Virus record (IMG/VR): IMGVR_UViG_3300049460_000128
Span: 124,001 to 188,000 of that record
Length of the DNA: 64,000 bases
Direction: 5' to 3' (one strand)
Part shown: in pieces, positions 49,695 to 58,265 of the stretch
Layout of the letters: every line of letters starts with the position of its first letter
How positions within the stretch are numbered: position 1 is the stretch's first letter
The notes under the pieces: model-generated
Databases searched by the model: none
What the model saw: the letters and a program-made list of their open reading frames with translations, nothing else
Told to the model about the DNA's origin: nothing
Program-made: the position numbers and the translations under genes

Positions 49695-49963
49695 TTTGCC
49701 ACCAGATGATGAAGCGTATTTTGTTTGGTGAGAAGTACAAGGATCTGGTCTTCGGTTATCAGATCTATGGATTCAATGTTGAAGTCTGGATATGTCTCGC
49801 TAACTTTCAGACGAGCTTCGTCTGAAGAACTGGCACTCATATAGCAAAGTGTGCCCTGAATCGTTTCAGTAGCAGACACAATGCTGCCGTGTTTTGGCTT
49901 TGGTTTGTGTTGATTGAAGCCCCAGGTCTTGCGTACGATGTGACCTTTTATGTGGTAAATCAT
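49691..49963 (-). CDS. hypothetical protein
   Basis: AAGGA SD before MIYHIKG; sigma70-like promoter upstream. Confidence 0.65.
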   Translation of the reverse strand: MIYHIKGHIVRKTWGFNQHKPKPKHGSIVSATETIQGTLCYMSASSSDEARLKVSETYPDFNIESIDLITEDQILVLLTKQNTLHHLVAK

Positions 49964-49987
49964 AGATGTTTCCTTTGTAAAAGCGCC

Positions 49988-50016
49988 AATATACTGCATT
50001 GAACTTTTCCCCGCAA
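49988..50016 (-). promoter_or_regulatory. sigma70-type promoter
   Basis: TTGCGG-N17-TATATT. Confidence 0.55.
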
Positions 50017-50125
50017 CTATATGATGAACCAGTATTTCACAGTAGAGGATCCATGAGTTGAAATCTTCTATTTTTGAACAAACTGGCAAATGTTCTACGC
50101 TGTCATTTTTACATCAAAGGACCAC

Positions 50126-51430
50126 ATGAGTAACATTGTCATCACTGATTTGTTCTACGTGAACTACAGCATTCGCAATGAGAGCGAATGGAACGCGGCC
50201 ACGCAAAAGTACGACTCCAAGAAAACGCGCTTGGGCTTTGCTACCTACTACGAAGAGAACACGGCATTCCAGAAGCGCAAAGGCACCATTGATCGTTGGT
50301 CCGACAAAGCAGATGCAGCTGATACGGTAGCAAATGCGGCGCGTACTGGTTATACGTTGGGTAATAATGTTACTCACGGTGGTGACTGGAATGCGACTTC
50401 GGTCAACTGGCGTATTGTTGATCCATTGGGCTTTGAACTGGAAATCAGTTCAGGTAATATGGCAAAAATCCTGCAACACTGTACCATCGACAAGGGTATG
50501 ATCCTTGATGAATGCGTTTGGGGTTGGGACAAAGGCAATGGTAGTAAGGTAGTGTTGGTCCCAACAGCAAGTCAAGAGTATCAAGAAGCAAAGAAGACGA
50601 CCGTTCGTCACTTTGCTGAAACAATCAGCGTCAAAGATGTTCAACTGGGTGATATGGTTGAATACAAGAACGGTGCCATGGGCCTGTATTTTGGTAAGGT
50701 TAACGTCTTGAACATCGAACGCGGTATTAGCTTCACTGAACCATTGGGTTCAATGGGTATGGATCAGTATCATGTCATGCTGACCGACGATAATGTGATC
50801 TACTTCATGAAGTCACCGAAGCTGATCGCTTGCTCTAAATCCAGCAAACGTTACACGGTCGAAGAAGCCGAAGTGTATTTGAACCAGTGCTTTAATGACA
50901 AGAAATGGACCCGCAATGCAGCTGGTTGGAGTGGTAATTTCTATTCGGCGAATATCATCACGTACGATAAGAAACCAGAGACTAAAATGCACTTGGTGCC
51001 AGTAACCACGGCATACTTGCGTTCGGCATTGCGTGACCCATACAAGCATCCTGGCTCGATGATTCACGGTTACGATTTGCAAATGCCAGATAACAAATAT
51101 GTGGTGGAAGATGCATCTGGCAAGCGCTACATCATGGGTTATCTGGTTCATGAAATTCTTGGTAGTGGTCGTCGTCACAAAGAGACTGAAGACTTCTACG
51201 AAGGTCGCAGCGACGATCTGGAATTGTACGTGGTGCCAATTGCCAACAACAACTACTTGGATGCGAACGTTGGCTTGATTCCTGAAAAGAATCCCAAATA
51301 TAATCCGAACAGCTATTACGACCGTGGGAATCAAGAAAATCGTGTGGTAATGAAGCTGAGTGAGATTGTAAATGTCTTCAAGGTTGAAGTAACTCACAAA
51401 GATTATGTGGCAACCCTGAAGACGCGTTAA
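50126..51430 (+). CDS. phage hypothetical protein
   Basis: AAGGA SD; motif WRIVDPLGFELEISSGN...ECVWG. Confidence 0.75.
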   Translation: MSNIVITDLFYVNYSIRNESEWNAATQKYDSKKTRLGFATYYEENTAFQKRKGTIDRWSDKADAADTVANAARTGYTLGNNVTHGGDWNATSVNWRIVDPLGFELEISSGNMAKILQHCTIDKGMILDECVWGWDKGNGSKVVLVPTASQEYQEAKKTTVRHFAETISVKDVQLGDMVEYKNGAMGLYFGKVNVLNIERGISFTEPLGSMGMDQYHVMLTDDNVIYFMKSPKLIACSKSSKRYTVEEAEVYLNQCFNDKKWTRNAAGWSGNFYSANIITYDKKPETKMHLVPVTTAYLRSALRDPYKHPGSMIHGYDLQMPDNKYVVEDASGKRYIMGYLVHEILGSGRRHKETEDFYEGRSDDLELYVVPIANNNYLDANVGLIPEKNPKYNPNSYYDRGNQENRVVMKLSEIVNVFKVEVTHKDYVATLKTR

Positions 51431-51490
51431 TATAGATTGTTCCCGTAAATCAGTATAGAGTCATGTTAAATATACGATTTGCGGGACACT

Positions 51491-52168
51491 ATGGCTTACG
51501 ACGTTTTCTTCCTTTCATACAATGAGCCCAATGCGGATGACAATTGGGCTCATCTCCAAACCCTATCACCAACTGCTCGTCGCCTAGACGGCATAAAGGG
51601 CTTGCGTGCGGCACATCAAGAATGTGCCAAACAGTCACGCACAAGTCACTTCTTCGTAGTTGATGCTGATAGTCAAATAACAGATCCAAACGTCTTATCA
51701 TACAAGATCTCTCCGTATGAACTCTCATATGTGCATCTCTGGTATGCCCATAATCCTGTCAATGGTTTGGAGTATGGCTGGGGTGGATTGAAACTATTTC
51801 CCAGAAACGTATTCTCAGCAGAAGCCAATACTCAGAGCATTGATATGACGACGAGCTTTGATCTGAAGATCATGCCGCAAGTGGTGAGTAGGACGATGTT
51901 CAATACCACGCCATATGACACTTGGCGGTCAGCATTCCGGGAATCGGTCAAGCTATCAAGTGGAATTATTCGAAACAAGAACATCCAGGAAAACCAAGAG
52001 CGTTTGGAGTCATGGAAGACCGCATACGTGACTGCTCCAAATGCCAAGTGGGCGATCCGTGGTGCATATGATGGTGAAGCATTTGGCCAAAATACTGACC
52101 TGACTTTAATCAATGATTGGTCTTGGCTACAGGGGGAATTTACTCGGAGGTATCCGGATGTCTCTTAA
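51491..52168 (+). CDS. GT-A glycosyltransferase-like protein, paralogue of 34065
   Basis: YDVFFLSYNEPNA, GIKGLRAAH, FVVDAD, NGLEYGWGGLKLF, WRSAFRE; GTTAAATA late-like octamer at 51465-51472. Confidence 0.7.
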   Translation: MAYDVFFLSYNEPNADDNWAHLQTLSPTARRLDGIKGLRAAHQECAKQSRTSHFFVVDADSQITDPNVLSYKISPYELSYVHLWYAHNPVNGLEYGWGGLKLFPRNVFSAEANTQSIDMTTSFDLKIMPQVVSRTMFNTTPYDTWRSAFRESVKLSSGIIRNKNIQENQERLESWKTAYVTAPNAKWAIRGAYDGEAFGQNTDLTLINDWSWLQGEFTRRYPDVS

Positions 52169-52421
52169 ATTTTCATACCTGTCAGGTAACTGTCCTGTTC
52201 AAGCTGAAGGGTACTTTGATGAATATGCGTTTTACTTTCGAGCGCGAGGACAACATTGGTCAATTGAGATAACTGACCCATGTGATATGACTCTGGTACT
52301 TGAGATGCGGGTAAAGTATTGCGAGGATACATTCAGTGCTGGATGGATGCCACATGAAGAAGCTTTTCTACTGATAGTCAGCACTTACTTTAGATGGAAG
52401 AATAACGCCATCCACCCATAA
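52158..52421 (+). CDS. hypothetical protein
   Basis: GGAGGT SD; GNCPVQAEG...FYFRARG...AGWM. Confidence 0.7.
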   Translation: MSLKFSYLSGNCPVQAEGYFDEYAFYFRARGQHWSIEITDPCDMTLVLEMRVKYCEDTFSAGWMPHEEAFLLIVSTYFRWKNNAIHP

Positions 52422-52447
52422 AAAGCCCGGCACTGCCGGGCTTTTTA
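52419..52447. terminator. bidirectional terminator
   Basis: TAAAAAGCCCGGCA-C-TGCCGGGCTTTTTA between convergent genes. Confidence 0.9.
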
Positions 52448-53590
52448 TCATACAGCCATTGGAGCTGGCAAACTATCATAGCTGTGATAGTCGGTCAGTT
52501 TGATGTCATCCATTGTAAATTTGGTGATATCACGAATCTCTGGATTCAACCACAAGCCTGGCAATGCCATAGGTGTACGTTTCAACTGTTCAGCCACTTG
52601 GTCAAAGTGGTTATGATAGATGTGTGTGTCGCCAATCACGTGAACAAATTCACCAACACGATAGCCGCATACTTGTGCCAGCATATGGACCAACAGCGAG
52701 TATGATGCGATGTTGAATGGGATACCCAAGAAGGCATCACCCGAACGCTGATACATCTGGCACGACAGCTTATGCGTTGGCAGACCAACGTCTTCCAGAT
52801 CCTCAACGGTTTTCTTACGACTGGCTCGTGACAAACCATGACGATCCACGTCGATTACCTTGCGTTCCAAATGTCCCTTGTCGTCATACCAATCTGCATA
52901 CGATTCGTTGATCTCGTTGGAGTCCAATGGAGCAACGAAGAACTGTGCAAACATATGGCACGGTGGCAACGCCATGTTTTCCAATTCACCTGGATTCCAT
53001 GCCGACAACACATGACGCCGGCCATATGGATCATGGGTCAAACCATCAACCAAGTCCATCAGTTGATCATGAATTTCTTGCATGACGACGGTCTCTTCAC
53101 CAGTAACTGGATCTTTGCTTGAACAGATTACCTTTTCGCTCTCAACGAATTCGTTAAACGATTGTTTGTTCAACAGACCATGCTCGCGACGTTTCGCCAC
53201 GTATTCATCATGTGTGATTGTGAACAGTGGACCTTTCCACTTGCGCCACTGAACGCCGTACACGACACCAAGGTCGCCTTCAAACTTGGCTTTAGGTGTC
53301 CAATAAGGAGCATTGGCATTGCCAGACCAAATGGTTTTCTTGGGCGATTCACGATCACCGTGCAGGATTTCCTTCAAGCGTTTTTCATCGCCCGAACCTT
53401 CGATGAACCAGAGCAGTTCTGATACCATGGCTTTGAATGCCAGTTTCTTGGTGGTCACTGCTGGGAAGCCGCGAGTCAAGTCAAAGCGAAGTTGTTCGCC
53501 AAAGGTAGCACGGGTGCCCGTGCCTGTGCGATCTGGACGATCGACGCCGTCGTCCATTACCTTCTTGATGAGGTCTAAGTATTGTTTCAT
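52448..53590 (-). CDS. thyA: thymidylate synthase
   Basis: DRTGTGT, ELLWF, LGVVYGVQWR, MALPPCH, YQRSGDAFLGIPFN, GDTHIYHNH. Confidence 0.96.
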   Translation of the reverse strand: MKQYLDLIKKVMDDGVDRPDRTGTGTRATFGEQLRFDLTRGFPAVTTKKLAFKAMVSELLWFIEGSGDEKRLKEILHGDRESPKKTIWSGNANAPYWTPKAKFEGDLGVVYGVQWRKWKGPLFTITHDEYVAKRREHGLLNKQSFNEFVESEKVICSSKDPVTGEETVVMQEIHDQLMDLVDGLTHDPYGRRHVLSAWNPGELENMALPPCHMFAQFFVAPLDSNEINESYADWYDDKGHLERKVIDVDRHGLSRASRKKTVEDLEDVGLPTHKLSCQMYQRSGDAFLGIPFNIASYSLLVHMLAQVCGYRVGEFVHVIGDTHIYHNHFDQVAEQLKRTPMALPGLWLNPEIRDITKFTMDDIKLTDYHSYDSLPAPMAV

Positions 53591-54075
53591 GTTTTACTCC
53601 AGATTTCAAAAGATACTCCGATATCAGGATTATGGATCCTAGAGTCACACGCGAAGCCTCCCAGGATAGCCAGCATGGCATCAATATCCAGATAAGTGTC
53701 AGCTTCGACGTTTTGATGTACTCTTGTGATATACATTCTTGATACCAGCGGTGCAAAGTCGTTGTAGACCTTGGCACCACCCATGATAACGATTTCGTTA
53801 TGGGTTTTGGTTAATTGGTCAACAATCTCTTGGGCAGTTCCATTCAACACGAGGTCAGCCCCCTGAATGTCTCTACTGCTCAAAACGATGTTGGTACGAT
53901 TCGGTAATGGTTTCTTGGGCAAACTATCCCAGGTACTTGACCCCATTACTACCGTTTTGTCTTTCGTATGTTCTTTGAACCACATCATGTCTTCCTTAAT
54001 GTGGGCCCAGGGTAATTTATTCTCAATGCCAATCGCATTATTGTCAGCGACCGCGACGATCAGACTAATGGTCAT
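53587..54075 (-). CDS. folA: dihydrofolate reductase
   Basis: IGIENKLPW, DMMWFK, VVMGSSTWDSLP..PLPNRTNIVLS, IMGGA, ADTY. Confidence 0.95.
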   Translation of the reverse strand: MTISLIVAVADNNAIGIENKLPWAHIKEDMMWFKEHTKDKTVVMGSSTWDSLPKKPLPNRTNIVLSSRDIQGADLVLNGTAQEIVDQLTKTHNEIVIMGGAKVYNDFAPLVSRMYITRVHQNVEADTYLDIDAMLAILGGFACDSRIHNPDIGVSFEIWSKT

Positions 54076-54473
54076 TCGTCAGCCTCTTCCTGATAGTCAT
54101 CCCGGTGCCAATCCGCCACCATATGTTGAAGACGATCCAAGTAATCATTAGCCACTAACGTGTCAATAATTTCTTGATAACGCGGGTAGGTCAAACGCAG
54201 AGATACCTCGAGGGAATCCAGTAGCTCTTGAATCTGCGCATACTCACGCCCTGCCTGCAAGTAGACGATATGTTGAGCGGCAAAATCATACATGAACCTA
54301 TGTTCAAATTTGGCGCGTTCTAGTGAACGTTCCAGCCATTTGTTTCGGTCTTCCAGACGTCTCACGTATTCGTGATCAATCACTGGTGCTTCAACGGGAT
54401 AGCTGCCTACACTGGCTTCGCCTGTTAAGCCACCATATGCGATACTTTCATGTAAATCAGATATAGATGTCAT
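54072..54473 (-). CDS. small coiled-coil hypothetical protein (LRL-x-x-P family)
   Basis: LDSLEVSLRLTYP; ATGA overlaps. Confidence 0.7.
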   Translation of the reverse strand: MTSISDLHESIAYGGLTGEASVGSYPVEAPVIDHEYVRRLEDRNKWLERSLERAKFEHRFMYDFAAQHIVYLQAGREYAQIQELLDSLEVSLRLTYPRYQEIIDTLVANDYLDRLQHMVADWHRDDYQEEADE

Positions 54474-54775
54474 TCGTTCTCCATTAGTTTTTTCAATAAG
54501 TCTATTCGACGATCACTAACTATTTTGTCCACAATTGCCTCGAAGTCTGAACGAACGAGTTTCGTCATTGCATCAAGTGACTGTTTAACATCAGCCATAC
54601 CCACATTCTCACGGCATAATTGATCATGAATGATCTTATGCGCGGCTATGGGCAAAAGGAATTCAATCTCAGAAATCAATTCAGTAATGAGCGTCAGATC
54701 TTGCTTGCTTCGTCGTTCCAAACTATCGATTTGAGCTTGAGCAGCTTCAAGCTGAACTTCCATTACTGTCTTCAT
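54470..54775 (-). CDS. small coiled-coil hypothetical protein
   Basis: Heptad-rich N-terminus; ATGA overlaps. Confidence 0.7.
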   Translation of the reverse strand: MKTVMEVQLEAAQAQIDSLERRSKQDLTLITELISEIEFLLPIAAHKIIHDQLCRENVGMADVKQSLDAMTKLVRSDFEAIVDKIVSDRRIDLLKKLMENE

Positions 54776-55095
54776 TTGCCAGTCATCTTTTGTTCAATTT
54801 CCGGATCAGCCAATCGCATGATGGCCAGGAACTCTTCGAATGCTTCGCGAACGCCGGAATATTCGCGCACACACTCCATCATTGCCCCATAGATCTTTGC
54901 TGCACTTGCATTCTCATTGACCTTATTTTCATAATGATCGGCGCGTTCGATGGCTCGAGTACGCTCATGTTCTAGTTCGGCATATTTGGCCTCGATGAGT
55001 TCAATGTTGAAGCGTGCGTCTTGAAGTTCGAAGAATCTGTTCAAGTCGAGGTTCGCTTGTGCTAGTGGTTTTGATAAGTCGTGTGAGTATGTCAT
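54772..55095 (-). CDS. small coiled-coil hypothetical protein (LRL-x-DP family)
   Basis: AFEEFLAIMRLADPEIE. Confidence 0.7.
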   Translation of the reverse strand: MTYSHDLSKPLAQANLDLNRFFELQDARFNIELIEAKYAELEHERTRAIERADHYENKVNENASAAKIYGAMMECVREYSGVREAFEEFLAIMRLADPEIEQKMTGK

Positions 55096-55376
55096 ATTAG
55101 TTTGTCCAGATAATGTTTTGATTGCGGGTCAACCAATCGAAGGATGACCGTGAAATTGTCCCAAGCATTTTTGGCACCTGCATGATTAGCCAACGACTCA
55201 CGTAATTGAATTACTGCTTTCATAAGCTCATGTTGGCTATCCAACTTATCTTCAAGTCGTTCAATGCGGCGTTCATAATACCTAAGTAAGGTTTGAGCCC
55301 TACGAGTATCCCAAACATGCTCGGAGTCGTCACCAGAGGTCATGGAATCAATTGGTTTGTTTGGGTCTACTGTCAT
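55092..55376 (-). CDS. small coiled-coil hypothetical protein (LRL-x-DP family)
   Basis: AWDNFTVILRLVDP. Confidence 0.7.
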   Translation of the reverse strand: MTVDPNKPIDSMTSGDDSEHVWDTRRAQTLLRYYERRIERLEDKLDSQHELMKAVIQLRESLANHAGAKNAWDNFTVILRLVDPQSKHYLDKLI

Positions 55377-55388
55377 TGTTAGCTCTTA

Positions 55389-55670
55389 TTAAAAACGACG
55401 CCAGAGTCGATCTTCATACTTGGTGATCTCTTCTTTGATGCGAGATTCCAAATCAGGCTCGCACAAGCGCAACAGAGTCATGAATGATACCCATTCACCC
55501 TGAAGTGTTTCATGTTTGTGAATTGCAGCAGCCAATGACCGATAGAAAATCGCATCTGCGTATTTCAGTTCGAGATCGGTATTGCGATGCTGTAGTTTGA
55601 TGTTCTGAGCCCTAAGGTCAGAAATATGTTTGGCTTGGGCTTCGTATTCACGCCCGTATGATTCCATCAT
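55389..55670 (-). CDS. small coiled-coil hypothetical protein (LRL-x-EP family)
   Basis: EWVSFMTLLRLCEPDLE; AGGAGG SD. Confidence 0.75.
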   Translation of the reverse strand: MMESYGREYEAQAKHISDLRAQNIKLQHRNTDLELKYADAIFYRSLAAAIHKHETLQGEWVSFMTLLRLCEPDLESRIKEEITKYEDRLWRRF

Positions 55671-55672
55671 AG

Positions 55673-55716
55673 TGATTGCCTCCTTGTCTTGATTCTACAG
55701 TGACAGGAGGCAATCA
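55673..55716 (-). promoter_or_regulatory. SD-sequestering hairpin with a -10 hexamer in its loop
   Basis: 12-bp inverted repeat TGATTGCCTCCT / AGGAGGCAATCA; loop contains TAGAAT on the minus strand. Confidence 0.6.
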
Positions 55717-55721
55717 ACTAA

Positions 55722-55982
55722 TTATTCTTGACTGGCTTTTTCGAAGATGTCGTCTGTAATTTCGAGAATTTCTTGGCGTATCATGCGTACATCGAGGATG
55801 ACTTGCACATTGAAGATCAGGTCGCCGTTATCGCGCATGAAATCGTCAAATTCATCTCTCTTAACAATGGTTTCGTTTCCATCAAGCGTGCGAACTTTCG
55901 CCAGAATGATGTATTCAGTAGGGATCAGCTCAGGATCCAAGTGATTGATGATTTCATCAAGGATGTCAGGTTTGTGATTCAT
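55722..55982 (-). CDS. hypothetical protein
   Basis: GGAG SD; TGTAAATA late-like octamer at 56010-56017. Confidence 0.75.
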   Translation of the reverse strand: MNHKPDILDEIINHLDPELIPTEYIILAKVRTLDGNETIVKRDEFDDFMRDNGDLIFNVQVILDVRMIRQEILEITDDIFEKASQE

Positions 55983-56017
55983 GATTGATACTCCAAAGTG
56001 TGGTACATATATTTACA

Positions 56018-56263
56018 TCAACGTGACAATTGTCCTGCTTGGGTCAATCGCAACATCACCTGATATTCCTCCCAAGACTTCATGAGACTGGGATATTCAT
56101 TTCGTAGGGCTTCTTCTTCGTCCTGCCGTGCCATTACAATACGTGCAGTGTCGTGGAATTCCAAAATTCTTTTTTGGACTTTTTCAAGGTTCGCATAGTA
56201 ATTGTCTTTGAGTGCATGATCGCGCTCAGTGGTGTCTGGCATATTGGGAAATTTTATACACAT
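56018..56263 (-). CDS. hypothetical protein (LRL family-like)
   Basis: LRNEYPSLMKSWEEYQVMLRLT. Confidence 0.65.
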   Translation of the reverse strand: MCIKFPNMPDTTERDHALKDNYYANLEKVQKRILEFHDTARIVMARQDEEEALRNEYPSLMKSWEEYQVMLRLTQAGQLSR

Positions 56264-56269
56264 GATGGT

Positions 56270-56293
56270 AAAATGAGCCCTCAGGGGCTCATT
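56270..56293 (-). terminator. intrinsic terminator
   Basis: AATGAGCCC-CTGA-GGGCTCATTTT on the minus strand. Confidence 0.65.
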
Positions 56294-56294
56294 C

Positions 56295-56582
56295 TTATTG
56301 AAGGTCGCCTGATGCGACCAATTGATCCGTATGCTCCAAAGCTGCCAGGATGACAGCAGCGGCTTTCACCAGACTGATCTGAAAATCGTCTTGTGTTGGC
56401 AATGCACCACGGTTGAAACTTGCTGAACTTCTACGCTTTGCGGGCTCATTCAAATAATGGCCAGCAATCGCAATCCAATCGTTGATCGTATTCTTTTCGT
56501 CGAACTCTGAACCCGGCAGGGTTTTCTGCCGGTCACGCTCTTCGCGAATACGCTCCAGAAGGAGCGCAGTCTTATCAGCCAT
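56295..56582 (-). CDS. hypothetical helical protein (possibly MazG-like)
   Basis: IREERDRQ...LVKAAAVILAALE. Confidence 0.6.
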   Translation of the reverse strand: MADKTALLLERIREERDRQKTLPGSEFDEKNTINDWIAIAGHYLNEPAKRRSSASFNRGALPTQDDFQISLVKAAAVILAALEHTDQLVASGDLQ

Positions 56583-57285
56583 TTGATGCCGACTTTGGTT
56601 TACGGCCACGCTTCTTTGGCGCAGGCGCCAGAGTTGCTTCGTTGACCTTAGTCATAGCAGCCTCGACGGCTACTTTGGCTTCAGCTGGGTTCATATTACC
56701 AACGTCAACACGATGTACTTGACGTGGCGCAGGACGCAATTCTGGAGCCAGACGGTACGCTTGTTCGCGTTTGCGATTTGCTTCGCCTTCCAGCATTTCT
56801 GCTTCAGCGATGAAGTTCATTGCTTGGTTGGTACGCTTCTCTTCTTCAGCCGCATTAATGTTGCTGACGATTGGATTGTACTTTACTTCTGCATTGTTGT
56901 TCGCTACCGGGGTATCTGGTACTACATCATCCAGTTTGCCCAGTTGTTGCAAAATGTCGCGCAGGGCGAATGGGGTATTCGGCTGCGGCAGCATGATTAC
57001 ATTGTCGATCGACTCGGCACGCATCAGGCCAAGGCGATGGAACTCGGTCAACACGGTATTGCCAGTTTCCTGAACAGTACGACGTGCCATGGCTGATGCC
57101 AGATCGGTTTCATGCTGGCCTTCTGCCGAGTCAACAACACTCAACAGAATCTGTTCATAACGTGGTTGCAGTGACTCAACGTCAATGATCAGTGCTTTTT
57201 GCTTGTCATCAGGCAGTTGCATGAAAACAATCACGCAGCGGGCATCGGTCGAACGAATCTTACCAACGTGTTTTTTGATTGCCAT
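56575..57285 (-). CDS. hypothetical protein with basic C-terminal tail
   Basis: 236 aa; ends PAPKKRGRKPK (AT-hook-like). Confidence 0.75.
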   Translation of the reverse strand: MAIKKHVGKIRSTDARCVIVFMQLPDDKQKALIIDVESLQPRYEQILLSVVDSAEGQHETDLASAMARRTVQETGNTVLTEFHRLGLMRAESIDNVIMLPQPNTPFALRDILQQLGKLDDVVPDTPVANNNAEVKYNPIVSNINAAEEEKRTNQAMNFIAEAEMLEGEANRKREQAYRLAPELRPAPRQVHRVDVGNMNPAEAKVAVEAAMTKVNEATLAPAPKKRGRKPKSASNG

Positions 57286-57337
57286 ATGGGGATATCCTAT
57301 GAAAACGGGTCATGACTATCCACGACCCGCCTATCGA

Positions 57338-57595
57338 TTACTTCTTAGCTGCGGTCTTCTTCGAAGCAGGCTTCTTAGCCGGAGCAGCTGGTTCTTCTTC
57401 AACTGGCGCAGGAGCGGCAGCTTTCAGGAACGTAGCAATCTTTTCGCGAACTGCGATAACTTGCTCGATGACTTGCCAACCCTTGAATGCGCCTTGTTCG
57501 CAAGCGTAGTCAATGATTTTAACGGCATTTTGCAGGTCAGCCAGTTCAATGGATGGTGCGGCAGGGGCCGCTTGGTCTTGAGTTACGTCAGACAT
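57338..57595 (-). CDS. hypothetical protein with PAKK-rich tail
   Basis: AAGGA SD; strong promoter upstream; tail PAAPAKKPASKKTAAKK. Confidence 0.75.
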   Translation of the reverse strand: MSDVTQDQAAPAAPSIELADLQNAVKIIDYACEQGAFKGWQVIEQVIAVREKIATFLKAAAPAPVEEEPAAPAKKPASKKTAAKK

Positions 57596-57637
57596 CGTGT
57601 ATTCCTTTTGTTATTGTTATGTGTTACTACTGCGATG

Positions 57638-57666
57638 ATTCTACAGGCTTCAAACTTGATTGTCAA
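57638..57666 (-). promoter_or_regulatory. sigma70-type promoter
   Basis: TTGACA-N17-TAGAAT. Confidence 0.8.
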
Positions 57667-57673
57667 AATAGAT

Positions 57674-58249
57674 TTATCGTTTGTCACCAACCAGCTTGAT
57701 ATTTTCAGCTGGCCAATCCAAATACGATTGCCATGATGGATGACGTATCGTGATTGGGAACCGCTTTATCTTACTTACCATTTCACCGTATGAGGGTTTA
57801 CGGGGAGGGTTCCTGGGCTTCATTACCGTGTGGTGGGACTTTCTTTGATTACATGGACGACATGCAGCCACAATATTATCCCACTTCACTAGACCACCCA
57901 AAAACTTGGGTATAACATGTTCCTTCGTCAATTGATGTTCTGGAAACACTTCACCACAATACTGACAAGTGAAGTCGTCGCGCAGATATACATTATGACT
58001 TGAAAACCGTACCGTTCTACCTGAAGGAACCCATTTTCTAGACATCACTACTGAGGGAACCAGCATAGTGATGTTCTGACTACTTATTTGCCAATCTTCG
58101 TAGCTTTCCAGAACATCAACCTTATCCATTATCGTGTCCACAATAGCATCACGCCATATCAAGGTGCTGATAGGCATTACACTTAGGGGCTTACCATCAC
58201 AATTCAATATGAGAGTGTCTCCGCCTCTTTGCAGATTATACGTACCCAT
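57674..58249 (-). CDS. HNH endonuclease (McrA-like, zinc-binding)
   Basis: NVYLRDDFTCQYCG, LTKEHVIPKFLGG, WDNIVAACRPCNQRK. Confidence 0.9.
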   Translation of the reverse strand: MGTYNLQRGGDTLILNCDGKPLSVMPISTLIWRDAIVDTIMDKVDVLESYEDWQISSQNITMLVPSVVMSRKWVPSGRTVRFSSHNVYLRDDFTCQYCGEVFPEHQLTKEHVIPKFLGGLVKWDNIVAACRPCNQRKSHHTVMKPRNPPRKPSYGEMVSKIKRFPITIRHPSWQSYLDWPAENIKLVGDKR

Positions 58250-58265
58250 GATACTCTACTGTTCA

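Noticed and set aside
52448-53590. ThyA as a dCMP hydroxymethylase feeding DNA hypermodification by the glycosyltransferases
   Set aside because: It keeps the Asn of the PFN motif (dUMP specificity) and is paired with DHFR, so it reads as a normal thymidylate synthase. DNA as the cluster's target is not excluded by this.
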